Below, piece after piece: positions 1-11,782 of a DNA stretch of 64,000 bases. The translations under genes were made by a program, and so were the position numbers. The DNA lies in the NCBI GenBank assembly GCA_951406725.2, contig OX597827.1, forward strand, positions 43,028,001 through 43,092,000, in the 5' to 3' direction. Source of the stretch: Octopus vulgaris (taxonomy: Eukaryota). The notes beneath the pieces were generated by a model, which made no database searches, was not told the DNA's origin, and saw nothing but the letters and a program-made list of their open reading frames with translations. Position 1 is the stretch's first letter. Each line of letters opens with the position of its first letter.

Positions 1-1757
1 CCTTCCGAACCGGAGAGCACGCGCTCGGTTCAAAAGGAGAATGCATGCCAGGACGTCGCGTTCGACGTCACTCTTGATTTCCCCCCTCTGCCTTCAACAA
101 GTGATGCTGTACCGAAGGGGGAGGTAAAGAAAATTATAACAGACACAAACACAGACAAGAACCAACAAAAAACTGTAAAAGCTTCTAACGATTTTGCTTC
201 TGCTGCGAAGCAAATTTCGGAAGATGTAGAAATTACAATGGAGGACATAAAAATGGCACAAGATTTGTTGAGAAAGGAGGGGAACAGTGTTTTCCTCAAC
301 ACACCTCAACAACTCACACAAGAAACAAGCAAAAGAACAATCTTTTATAAAGTCTTCGAAAAGAAAACTAAAAGATTGTTTAACGCCACACCACAACAGT
401 TGGAGATGGCTCTGAAGCCCATTTGGGGCCAGAAGAGCTATGTGACAAGAGGGAAGCGATTTGGAACCGTGGAGGTTCGCTTCCCAACAGAGGAGCTTGC
501 AAGGGCAAACGCCATTTCGCCCTTGCAAAATGAACATTTGTTCCTCGTCCCGACGTACCTCGGGCGTAAGGTACAAAAAATAACCATAAGCACAATACCC
601 CCCGAACAGAAAATCTCATGGCTAGTGGCGGCTGTCCTCTATGGCATAGAGGACACTGCCACTATTCTGAATGTTCGGAGGGTACGAGAAAAGAACTGGT
701 CAGGCATGGGTATTCAACTGCTGGTACAGATCCAGCAGGAAAACATCAATGCCATACCTGACTTTGTCATCTTGCTGGATGGGACCAGGCTAAATGTTAT
801 TGTAGAGGGGCGAAAGCCAAAATGTTTCCTCTGCAGTAGCGAAAGCCACCTAAAAAGGGACTGCCCCATTCAAAAAAAGAGAATGGAGGAGTATAGCAAG
901 AGGCAGCAGCAACAACAACAACAACAACAACAACACAAGCAACAACAACAGAAACAACAAAAACAGCAAGAAAAACCAAAGGCTGCCACACCACCAACAC
1001 CATCACCAACACCAGCACCAAGACGAACAACACCACCTCCAACAACAACAACCACCACCAAACCAACACCGACAACCACCACCAAACCAACACCGACACC
1101 AGTACCTCGAAGGTCGACAGCAGCGACATCAACAGTAACAGGAGCAGCGGCACCACCGATACCGGCGGAACCTAAAACTTTTCGTCCTGCTACTGAAGCA
1201 GACCCCTCAACCATTCCTTTGCCGGATGAAGAGATCTCGGATTGTGCGAGCTCGGATTCCAACAAAGGAGAATGGAATATAGTACCTCCAAAAAGAAAAG
1301 GAGGAAAAAACAAAAAGTTTTACAGGGGAAGCACGAACAAATAGTACTTCCCAACATCAACAACAACATCAACAACAACACACACTCACAACAACAAACA
1401 ACAACAACAACACTTTCGACACCACTACTGCCACTACCACAGACACAAACAAACACAGACACAATTACAGACACGATTACAGCAGTGAATACAAGAAACC
1501 AGGAACTGGTTGAGTATTTGAAAAACAAAACAAGCACAAACATTACAGATTTCATAATACCTACACACAACACACCACCAGCACACATTCTCACAATAAA
1601 AATAAACAAAACAGTGTACAATGAAATAAAACAAATATTCCCTAACGATGTGGGATCGTTAGGGAAAAGTTTCTCTCAGAAACTTTACAAAAATATTATT
1701 GAAGCACCCGTGCAAAAGCACAAGGGAGCCACCCCCACCACCAACAACAGTAAGTAG
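1..1757 (+). CDS. ORF1 gag-like nucleic-acid-binding protein, copy 1 (5'-partial; 1-nt frameshift near 1290)
   Basis: Frame open from base 1 to 1344. CCHC knuckle CFLCSSESHLKRDC (823-864), polyQ, Pro/Thr tract. Copy 2 reads in frame into KKKRRKKQK...IVLPNINN, so the 1242-1757 ORF is the true C-terminus. Confidence 0.85.
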
Positions 1758-1795
1758 AGCCTTTTTTCTCCTTTTTTTTCCCTAATTCTTGAGAC

Positions 1796-4700
1796 ATGGC
1801 AAATCTTAGAATCGGTTGCTTGAATGTGAGAGGCCTCGGGTCACCTTGGAAACAGGGTCACCTGTTAAACGACCTGAGGTTTCATGATGTGGATATAGCA
1901 GCCATCAGTGAAACCAGGCTCTCCGACCCGCAGGAACTCGCAGCCCTTTTCGGCGGATACGAGATATTTCTATCTCCGTGTCGGCCGGGAGCGGGCGGTG
2001 GTGGTACTGCGGTGTTGTTTCGGAAGGGCCTGGACCTGAAAATAAGAACAGTCTTCTTGGATCCGGAAGGTAAGTTGGTGGTCCTCGACGTGGACGGTAG
2101 TGACGGCGGTGCTTTCAGACTGCTGGCTGCCTACGCTCCGACAGGAGCAGGGCAGTCGGATTATTTCAAACGTCTGGAAGTTTTCCTGGGAACGTCACGC
2201 ACTCTAGTACTAGTTGGGGATTGGAACGCTGTCTTAGACGAACGTTTCGATCGGGTGGGCAGGGGAGCGTCTGTTAGGAGAGGGGGTGGGTGCAAGAGCC
2301 TCGCCAACCTACTCGGCCGCTTTCAGCTGTCCGACAGGTTTCGACTAGACAACCCGAATGTGCCAATGTGGACTTGGACAAACCGCATCGGGTCGTCTAG
2401 ATCGTACTTAGATAGAGTGTTTTGTAGGCCAGCGGATAAGGACAGCGTAGGGTGTCCACAATTCCACCTAGTCGAATATACGGACCACAAATTAGTGATC
2501 TGTACGGTCGACTTAGATAGGCTACATAGACAGGGACCCGGCTACTGGAAGCTGAACGCGTCGTTAACGGCGTGCAAAGCTTACAGAGACCGGATTAGTT
2601 TACTAGTTAAGCGGGCGCTCACGGGGGCAATCATCAACAACAACTGGTGGTTTGCCCTCAAGAGAGCAATTAGAGTAGAGTCGATTAGGTATAGTAAGAC
2701 TCTAGCTATTGAACGTAGGAAGAGAGAGCGGGATTTAGTTAAGAAACTAGACGAGGCTCTTGACACTGGCATCGCGACCGACGTGTTGGCGGCAAGGTTG
2801 GCCCTCGACCAACACTTCGACGCCAAACACGAAGGCTGCGTTGTCAGAGCTAAGGCACGTTCGCTAAGCGGGGAGGGGACTAGAGCCGCTCGATGGGCCC
2901 GCGTGGCGGAGGCGAAGCGAGGCAACAGAGCAACCATTCGGTCTTTGGTGGACCAGAACGGGCGCGAGGTTACCCAACCGAAGCAGATGTGTACGGTACT
3001 TCAGCGGCACTTTGCTCAACTGTTTGGGACGAGCGGTGGAACGGACACCAACGGTACAGACTTCGGTGTGTACCTGGACGGACTGCCGCAACTCTCGGAC
3101 AGCGAGGCAGAGTGCTGCGAAGGACCGATATCTGCCTGGGAAGTACAGGAAGCGATGAAGAGTTGCACGAGAGGTAGATCGCCGGGTTTGGATGGTCTGC
3201 CCTACGAGCTTTACTTTTCAATGCCAGACTTGTTTGCGGACCTGTTGGCAAACGTCTACTGCAACTGGCAGCAAAACGGGAGAATTCCTGCTTTTGTCTG
3301 TCGAGGGGTGGTGGCTTTGCTAAAGAAGGACCCAAACAAGGGGGACGTTATAGGGAATTTCCGGCCCATCACTCTGCTCAATGCAGAGTTGAAGATTTTG
3401 GCCAAGGTGCTAGCCAAGAGATTGGCGCTTGTCGTGGACAAGCTGGTCGGCGGGACGCAGACATGCGCCGTGCCGACCAGGTCGATACACGACAACCTCC
3501 ATCTCATGCGCTACATCATAGAGAGGGTGGGTAACGACGCTGGCGCGGGTGGGGCTTTGATCAACTTGGATCAGAGTAAAGCCTTCGATAGGGTCGACCA
3601 TCGGTACCTGGCAGCTGTCCTCAAGGCAGCCGGCTTCGGTCCAGTCTTCCGCGGGTGGATCGCTGCTTTATACAGCAACATCTGCTCGGTGATACGGGTG
3701 AACGGTCACCTTTCGGAACCGTTCGACATCTCGCGTTCGGTCCGCCAAGGATGCCCTCTCTCCTCCCTCTTGTACATTTTGACTCTCGAGCCATTACTGC
3801 GCAAGTTGGAGGCTTTGAGGGGCATCCCGCGCGATCTAGGAGGCGGAAACAGCGTGTCTGCTTATGCCGACGACGTCACCGTGGTGGTGTCGAGCCACAG
3901 GCACATTGGCCTGATTGGCGAGACGCTAAACCAGTACGAAGCGGTGACAGGGGCAAAGATTAACGCGGAAAAGTCTGTGGGCTTGCAACTGGGCACCTGG
4001 AGAGGCAAGCCCATGCCGTCCAACAGCGTCGTAGGGCGCTGGACAGACGGACCCGTTAAACTGCTCGGGGTCTGGTTCGGTCCGGACCTCCAGGTGGATA
4101 AGAACTGGGAAGAGGTGACGAGCAGGGTGGCACGTCTCACCCAGAAATGGGCCGAGAGGAAGCTGTCCCTGAAAGGTCGAGCGGAGGTGGCGAATGCGTA
4201 CATCGCATCCGTCATCTATTACCGCTTGACCGTCGTCCCTTGTCCCGACCGCTGGTTGGCCAAGCTGGTACGCCTGCTCTTCGACTTTTTGTGGAAGGGT
4301 CAGGTGCCACTGGTCAGGCGATCCATCTGCTGTCAACGACCGCTGAACGGAGGCCTTGGAATGCCGTGGTTGCTGTTGCGCAGACATGCGCTCAGGCTGC
4401 GGCATCTCAAGCGCTTCCTAGACGGTGAACAGGTGTGGTCGTCTTTTGTCAGACGCGATTTTCCGCAGCTCGTCTCTTTGACGGAGCTGCAGACCTGGAT
4501 CAAACGTAGACCGAGAAAGGGCGCTTGGCACCTCGAGTGCCGTCAAGCCCTCTCCGCCCTCCGCCAGGCGGGCAATGCGGTCGGTTACAGCTCCACTCTA
4601 GCGTTCTATAGAGGGTTAGTGGAGGAAAAATGCGACGACGTTCTCGGGGAAACTCTAGGCGTTGAAGACGACGAACTGAGCGGTCTGTTCGGGAGGACTT

Positions 4701-5230
4701 TCGGGCCGGGGCCGATGGATAATTTCCAGAGGTCTCTCGCCTGGCAGTGCTACCGAGGGGCTCTGCCTGTTCGAGATAAACTCTACCGGCACGGAAGTGC
4801 CGTCAGCCGGGCCTGCCCGAGGTGTTGCCAGGACGACGAAACCGTTCTGCACGCACTCGTCCAGTGCCCGAGTATTGCTGAAATATGGGTTTATGTCGAA
4901 CAGCTACTGTCACGTGTAGGACGGATCCGACTATCGGCCGAATCCATAGTGAAGATTGCCCCGCCGACCTCCTTTAACAAGGAGGGCGAGGCCGTTTTCT
5001 TGTGCCTTGTGGCTGTGGCGAAAGAAGTCGTGTGGTGGACTCGTTTGAAAGGGCTAAAGTCAGACACTTTCCTCTTTGGTCAAGGCCTCATCAACTTTTT
5101 CAAGTTTCACTTGAAAAGGAAGATGAGGTTAGAGAGGAAAGTGCTGTCCGATAGCAAGTTTTATGAAAGGTGGGTGAATTGTGCGAGACTGGCCTGTATA
5201 AATGGACCAGTTCTCAGGTTTCGCCTGTGA
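1796..5230 (+). CDS. ORF2 pol: APE endonuclease + reverse transcriptase + C-terminal zinc finger, intact 1144 aa
   Basis: LNVRGL, SETR, GDWN, YLDRVF and TDH endonuclease motifs. SPGLDGL, FRPITLLN, DQSKAFDRV, QGCPLS and YADD RT motifs. CPRC...ETVLHALVQC finger typical of Tx1/L1. Confidence 0.97.
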   Translation: MANLRIGCLNVRGLGSPWKQGHLLNDLRFHDVDIAAISETRLSDPQELAALFGGYEIFLSPCRPGAGGGGTAVLFRKGLDLKIRTVFLDPEGKLVVLDVDGSDGGAFRLLAAYAPTGAGQSDYFKRLEVFLGTSRTLVLVGDWNAVLDERFDRVGRGASVRRGGGCKSLANLLGRFQLSDRFRLDNPNVPMWTWTNRIGSSRSYLDRVFCRPADKDSVGCPQFHLVEYTDHKLVICTVDLDRLHRQGPGYWKLNASLTACKAYRDRISLLVKRALTGAIINNNWWFALKRAIRVESIRYSKTLAIERRKRERDLVKKLDEALDTGIATDVLAARLALDQHFDAKHEGCVVRAKARSLSGEGTRAARWARVAEAKRGNRATIRSLVDQNGREVTQPKQMCTVLQRHFAQLFGTSGGTDTNGTDFGVYLDGLPQLSDSEAECCEGPISAWEVQEAMKSCTRGRSPGLDGLPYELYFSMPDLFADLLANVYCNWQQNGRIPAFVCRGVVALLKKDPNKGDVIGNFRPITLLNAELKILAKVLAKRLALVVDKLVGGTQTCAVPTRSIHDNLHLMRYIIERVGNDAGAGGALINLDQSKAFDRVDHRYLAAVLKAAGFGPVFRGWIAALYSNICSVIRVNGHLSEPFDISRSVRQGCPLSSLLYILTLEPLLRKLEALRGIPRDLGGGNSVSAYADDVTVVVSSHRHIGLIGETLNQYEAVTGAKINAEKSVGLQLGTWRGKPMPSNSVVGRWTDGPVKLLGVWFGPDLQVDKNWEEVTSRVARLTQKWAERKLSLKGRAEVANAYIASVIYYRLTVVPCPDRWLAKLVRLLFDFLWKGQVPLVRRSICCQRPLNGGLGMPWLLLRRHALRLRHLKRFLDGEQVWSSFVRRDFPQLVSLTELQTWIKRRPRKGAWHLECRQALSALRQAGNAVGYSSTLAFYRGLVEEKCDDVLGETLGVEDDELSGLFGRTFGPGPMDNFQRSLAWQCYRGALPVRDKLYRHGSAVSRACPRCCQDDETVLHALVQCPSIAEIWVYVEQLLSRVGRIRLSAESIVKIAPPTSFNKEGEAVFLCLVAVAKEVVWWTRLKGLKSDTFLFGQGLINFFKFHLKRKMRLERKVLSDSKFYERWVNCARLACINGPVLRFRL

Positions 5231-5749
5231 TTTCAAAGAAAAAGGTAATGTAAAAGGAGAAGAAAGGGGACTCTCTACACCCCCTTTTTTGACCAGGCTC
5301 CCGTTGGCTTTTGTAGGGTTTTTTCCACCGGGAACATTTCGAGACGTCTCCCCCTTTTGGGAGTTTTTCATTGTTGAATTTTATAAGTTGTTATAAAGAT
5401 TTTTACTCGATGTTTTTAAAAAAACGGCAAAACCCTTTGTAACCTTTCGTCCTGTCTTGTCCCTTTATGTAATCATGCGTGTCAGCCCTTGTGGCCAATA
5501 AAAAAGAATTGATTTATTATTATTATTATTCCTTCCGACGCCGATGGACGTACGTGAATCAGCTCTGTGAGTTTTGTGCCAATTTTATTGGAAATTTTTT
5601 AATAGGCTTGAATATTTTTTAATATTTTTGTAGCCAAACCGACCGGCTTCTTGCGGAGCTCGTCGGTTGGGCGAAAATTTTGCCCCTTCGGGGTGAAATT
5701 ACTGTCTATCCTTTTGAAATTGACATTTTTTGCACACACACATTACAAA

Positions 5750-6783
5750 ATGGCACTAAAACGAGCTGCTTGGCTCTTCCCTCCTTCTTGCAACACCCCC
5801 TACAAGAACAAAAAAAAATAACGTCACGGGTTACGTACAACCCATTTCAGGCCGTAAAAGGCAACAAAGATCCTCCTTCCGAACCGGAGAGCACGCGCTC
5901 GGTTCAAAAGGAGAATGCATGCCAGGACGTCGCGTTCGACGTCACTCTTGATTTCCCCCCTCTGCCTTCAACAAGTGATGCTGTACCGAAGGGGGAGGTA
6001 AAGAAAATTATAACAGACACAAACACAGACAAGAACCAACAAAAAACTGTAAAAGCTTCTAACGATTTTGCTTCTGCTGCGAAGCAAATTTCGGAAGATG
6101 TAGAAATTACAATGGAGGACATAAAAATGGCACAAGATTTGTTGAGAAAGGAGGGGAACAGTGTTTTCCTCAACACACCTCAACAACTCACACAAGAGAC
6201 AAGCAAAAGAACAATCTTTTATAAAGTCTTCGAAAAGAAAACTAAAAGATTGTTTAACGCCACACCACAACAGTTGGAGATGGCTCTGAAGCCCATTTGG
6301 GGCCAGAAGAGCTATGTGACAAGAGGGAAGCGATTTGGAACCGTGGAGGTTCGCTTCCCAACAGAGGAGCTTGCAAGGGCGAACGCCATTTCGCCCTTGC
6401 AAAATGAACATTTGTTCCTCGTCCCGACGTACCTCGGGCGTAAGGTACAAAAAATAACTATAAGCACAATACCCCCGAACAGAAAATCTCATGGCTAGTG
6501 GCGGCTGTCCTCTATGGCATAGAGGACACTGCCACTATTCTGAATGTTCGGAGGGTACGAGAAAAGAACTGGTCAGGCATGGGTATTCAACTGCTGGTAC
6601 AGATCCAGCAGGAAAACATCAATGCCATACCTGACTTTGTCATCTTGCTGGATGGGACCAGGCTAAATGTTATTGTAGAGGGGCGAAAGCCAAAATGTTT
6701 CCTCTGCAGTAGCGAAAGCCACCTAAAAAGGGACTGCCCCATTCAAAAAAAGAGAATGGAGGAGTATAGCAAGAGGCAGCAGC

Positions 6784-6814
<31 letters not shown>

Positions 6815-7617
6815 CAAGCAACAACAACAGAAACAACAAAAACAGCAAGAAAAACCAAAGGCTGCCACACCACCAACACCATCACCAACACCAGCACCAA
6901 GACGAACAACACCACCTCCAACAACAACAACCACCACCAAACCAACACCGACAACCACCACCAAACCAACACCGACACCAGTACCTCGAAGGTCGACAGC
7001 AGCGACATCAACAGTAACAGGAGCAGCGGCACCACCGATACCGGTGGAACCAGAAACTTTTCGTCCTGCTACTGAAGCAGACCCCTCAACCATTCCTTTG
7101 CCGGATGAAGAGTCGGATTGTGCGAGCTCTGATTCCAACAAAGGAGAATGGAGTATAGTGCCTCCAAAGAAGAAAAGGAGGAAGAAACAAAAAGATTTAC
7201 AGGGGAAGCACGAACAAATAGTGCTTCCCAACATCAACAACAACAACAACAACACACACACTCACAACAACAAACAACAACAACACTTTCGACACCACTA
7301 CTGCCACTGCCACACACACAAACACACACAGACACAATTACATCAATAAACACAAAGAACCAAAAACTAGTGGAGTACTTAAAAAACAAAACTAGTACAA
7401 ATATAACCGATTTCATCATACCAACACAAAACACACCACCAGCACACATTCTCACAATAAAAATAAATGCAAAAACATATGATGAAATCAAACAAATATT
7501 CCCTAACGATGTGGGATCGCTAGGGAAAAGTTTCTCAAGAAACTTTACAAAAACATTGTGGAAGCACCCGTGCAAAAGCACAAGGGAGCCACCCCCACCA
7601 CCAACAACAGTAAGTAG
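5750..7617 (+). CDS. ORF1 copy 2 (~620 aa after repairing small indels in homopolymer/short-repeat runs)
   Basis: ATG 5750 (MALKRAAWLF...) joins the 5680 frame if one A is added to the A9 run at 5810-5818. Further shifts at ~6475 (C5 vs C6 in copy 1), ~7255 and ~7537. Stop 7615-7617 is homologous to the copy 1 stop ending at 1757. Confidence 0.75.
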
Positions 7618-7655
7618 AGCCTTTTTTCTCCTTTTTTTCCCCTAACTTTTGAAAC

Positions 7656-10600
7656 ATGGCAAATCTTAGAATCGGTTGCTTGAATGTGAGAGGCCTCGGG
7701 TCACCTTGGAAACAGGGTCACCTGTTAAACGACCTGAGGTTTCATGATGTGGATGTAGCAGCCATCAGTGAAACCAGGCTCTCCGACCCGCAGGAACTCG
7801 CAGCCCTTTTCGGCGGATACGAGATATTTCTATCTCCGTGTCGGCCGGGAGCGGGCGGTGGTGGTACTGCGGTGTTGTTTCGGAAGGGCCTGGACCTGAA
7901 AATAAGGACAGTCTTCTTGGATCCGGAAGGTAAGTTGGTGGTCCTCGACGTCGACGGTAGTGACGGCGGTGCTTTCAGACTGCTGGCTGCCTACGCTCCG
8001 ACAGGAGCAGGGCAGTCGGATTATTTCAAACGTCTGGAAGTTTTCCTGGGAACGTCACGCACTCTAGTGCTAGTTGGGGATTGGAACGCTGTCTTAGACG
8101 AACGTTTCGATCGGGTGGGCAGGGGAGCGTCTGATAGGAGAGGGGGAGGGTGCAAGAGCCTCGCCAACCTACTCGGCCGCTTTCAGCTGTCCGACAGGTT
8201 TCGACTAGACAACCCGAATGTGCCAATGTGGACTTGGACAAACCGCATCGGGTCGTCTAGATCGTACTTAGATAGAGTGTTTTGTAGGCCAGCGGATAAG
8301 GACAGCGTAGGGTGTCCACAATTCCACCTAGTCGAATATACGGACCACAAATTAGTGATCTGTACGGTCGACTTAGATAGGCTACATAGACAGGGACCCG
8401 GCTACTGGAAGCTGAACGCGTCGTTGACGGCGTGCAGAGCTTACAGAGACCGGATTAGTTTACTAGTTAAGCGGGCGCTCACGGGGGCAATCATCAACAA
8501 CAACTGGTGGTTTGCCCTCAAAGAGCAATTAGAGTAGAGTCGATTAGGTATAGTAAGACTCTAGCTATTGAACGTAGGAAGAGAGAGCGGGATTTAGTTA
8601 AGAAACTAGACGAGGCTCTTGACACTGGCATCGCGACCGACGTGTTGGCGGCAAGGTTGGCCCTCGACCAACACTTCGACGCCAAACACGAAGGCTGCGT
8701 TGTCAGAGCTAAGGCACGTTCGCTAAGCGGGGAGGGGACTAGAGCCGCTCGATGGGCCCGCGTGGCGGAGGCGAAGCGAGGCAACAGAGCAACCATTCGG
8801 TCTTTGGTGGACCAGAACGGGCGCGAGGTTACCCAACCGAAGCAGATGTGTACGGTGCTTCAGCGGCACTTTGCTCAACTGTTTGGGACGAGCGGTGGAA
8901 CGGACACCAACGGTACAGACTTCGGTGTGTACCTGGACGGACTGCCGCAACTCTCGGACAGCGAGGCAGAGTGCTGCGAAGGACCGATATCTGCCTGGGA
9001 AGTACAGGAAGCGATGAAGAGTTGCACGAGAGGTAGATCGCCGGGTTTGGATGGTCTGCCCTACGAGCTTTACTTTTCAATGCCAGACTTGTTTGCGGAC
9101 CTGTTGGCAAATGTCTACTGCAACTGGCAGCAAAACGGGAGAATTCCTGCTTTTGTCTGTCGAGGGGTGGTGGCTTTGCTAAAGAAGGACCCAAACAAGG
9201 GGGACGTTATAGGGAATTTCCGGCCCATCACTCTGCTCAATGCAGAGTTGAAGATTTTGGCCAAGGTGCTAGCCAAGAGATTGGCGCTTGTCGTGGACAA
9301 GCTGGTCGGCGGGACGCAGACATGCGCCGTGCCGACCAGGTCGATACACGACAACCTCCATCTCATGCGCTACATCATAGAGAGGGTGGGTAACGACGCT
9401 GGCGCGGGTGGGGCTTTGATCAACTTGGATCAGAGTAAAGCCTTCGATAGGGTCGACCATCGGTACCTGGCAGCTGTCCTCAAGGCAGCCGGCTTCGGTC
9501 CAGTCTTCCGCGGGTGGATCGCTGCTTTATACAGCAACATCTGCTCGGTGATACGGGTGAACGGTCACCTTTCGGAACCGTTCGACATCTCGCGTTCGGT
9601 CCGCCAAGGATGCCCTCTCTCCTCCCTCTTGTACATTTTGACTCTCGAGCCATTACTGCGCAAGTTGGAGGCTTTGAGGGGTATCCCGCGCGATCTAGGA
9701 GGCGGAAACAGCGTGTCTGCTTATGCCGACGACGTCACCGTGGTGGTGTCGAGCCACAGGCACATTGGCCTGATTGGCGAGACGCTAAACCAGTACGAAG
9801 CGGTGACAGGGGCAAAGATTAACGCGGAAAAGTCTGTGGGCTTGCAACTGGGCACCTGGAGAGGCAAGCCCATGCCGTCCAACAGCGTCGTAGGGCGCTG
9901 GACAGACGGACCCGTTAAACTGCTCGGGGTCTGGTTCGGTCCGGACCTCCAGGTGGATAAGAACTGGGAAGAGGTGACGAGCAGGGTGGCACGTCTCACC
10001 CAGAAATGGGCCGAGAGGAAGCTGTCCCTGAAAGGTCGAGCGGAGGTGGCGAATGCGTACATCGCATCCGTCATCTATTACCGCTTGACCGTCGTCCCTT
10101 GTCCCGACCGCTGGTTGGCCAAGCTGGTACGCCTGCTCTTCGACTTTTTGTGGAAGGGTCAGGTGCCACTGGTCAGGCGATCCATCTGCTGTCAACGACC
10201 GCTGAACGGAGGCCTTGGAATGCCGTGGTTGCTGTTGCGCAGACATGCGCTCAGGCTGCGGCATCTCAAGCGCTTCCTAGACGGTGAACAGGTGTGGTCG
10301 TCTTTTGTCAGACGCGATTTTCCGCAGCTCGTCTCTTTGACGGAGCTGCAGACCTGGATCAAACGTAGACCGAGAAAGGGCGCTTGGCACCTCGAGTGCC
10401 GTCAAGCCCTCTCCGCCCTCCACCAGGCGGGCAATGCGGTCGGTTACAGCTCCACTCTAGCGTTCTATAGAGGGTTAGTGGAGGAAAAATGCGACGACGT
10501 TCTCGGGGAAACTCTAGGCGTTGAAGACGACGAACTGAGCGGTCTGTTCGGGAGGACTTTCGGGCCGGGGCCGATGGATAATTTCCAGAGGTCTCTCGCC

Positions 10601-11089
10601 TGGCAGTGCTACCGAGGGGCTCTGCCTGTTCGAGATAAACTCTACCGGCACGGAAGTGCCGTCAGCCGGGCCTGCCCGAGGTGTTGCCAGGACGATGAAA
10701 CCGTTCTGCACGCACTCGTCCAGTGCCCGAGTATTGCTGAAATATGGGTTTATGTCGAACAGCTACTGTCACGTGTAGGACGGATCCGACTATCGGCCGA
10801 ATCCATAGTGAAGATTGCCCCGCCGACCTCCTTTAACAAGGAGGGCGAGGCCGTTTTCTTGTGCCTAGTGGCTGTGGCGAAAGAGGTCGTGTGGTGGACT
10901 CGTTTGAAAGGGCTAAAGACAGACACTTTCCTCTTTGGTCAAGGCCTCATCAACTTTTTCAAGTTTCACCTGAAAAGGAAGATGAGGTTAGAGAGGAAAG
11001 TGCTGTCCGATAGCAAGTTTTATGAAAGGTGGGTGAATTGTGCGAGACTGGCCTGTATAAATGGACCAGTTCTCAGGTTTCGCCTGTGA
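7656..11089 (+). CDS. ORF2 copy 2 (EN-RT-ZnF), single 1-nt frameshift near 8520
   Basis: ORFs 7656-8537 and 8507-11089 together match copy 1 ORF2 almost residue for residue. CTCAAAGAGC here vs CTCAAGAGAGC in copy 1. Confidence 0.93.
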
Positions 11090-11370
11090 TTTCAAAGAAA
11101 AAGGTAATGTAAAAGGAGAAGAAAGGGGACTCTCTACACCCCCTTTTTTTGACCAGGCTCCCGTTGGCTTTTGTAGGGTTTTTTCCACCAGGAACCTTTC
11201 GAGACGTCTCCCCCTTTTGGGAGTTTTTCATTGTTTTAATAATCATTGTTTTAAAGTTTTTTTACACGGATTTTTTAACAAACGGACAAAACCCTTTGTA
11301 ACCTTTCGTCCTGTCTTGTCCCTTTATGTAATCATGCGTGTCAGCCCTTGTGGCCAATAAAAAAGAATTG

Positions 11371-11433
<63 letters not shown>

Positions 11434-11442
11434 ATTATTATT
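11371..11442. repeat. (ATT)n microsatellite: tail or target site of the Tx1 element
   Basis: Directly abuts the 3' end of copy 2; a shorter tract separates the two copies. Confidence 0.95.
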
Positions 11443-11579
11443 CGAAGAAATATGTAATTTCTTATCGAATTTCTTCAATTATTTCTTTTATTTCTTTCTT
11501 CTAAGGTTTAACCTGCGTACTGCATTAGATCGATGAAATAAGCATTAATCCATTGAAGAAGCCAGTAAAAGCGTTAAAG

Positions 11580-11645
<66 letters not shown>

Positions 11646-11724
11646 TGTATATATATATATGTAATATGTATATATATATACACACATATATACGCATATA
11701 CATACTTATATATATATGTATATA

Positions 11725-11782
<58 letters not shown>

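Larger units (their letters stand above)
1..5510 (+). mobile_element. Tx1/L1-clade non-LTR retrotransposon, copy 1 (about 340 nt of 5' end lies before the window)
   Basis: Position 1 aligns to 5875 of copy 2. ORF1 + ORF2 + 3' UTR ending AATAAAAAAGAATTG, followed by (ATT)n. Confidence 0.95.
5531..11370 (+). mobile_element. Tx1/L1-clade non-LTR retrotransposon, copy 2, apparently full length (~5.84 kb)
   Basis: Starts CCTTCCGACGCCGATGG right after (ATT)n at 5512-5530. Same 3' end as copy 1, followed by (ATT)n 11371-11442. Confidence 0.95.

Noticed and set aside
1242-1757. Separate third ORF between ORF1 and ORF2
   Set aside because: Copy 2 shows it is the in-frame C-terminus of ORF1 split by a 1-nt indel.
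2581-4852. Antisense and alternate-frame ORFs within ORF2 present in both copies
   Set aside because: Expected shadows of a GC-rich ORF; conservation only reflects near identity of the copies.
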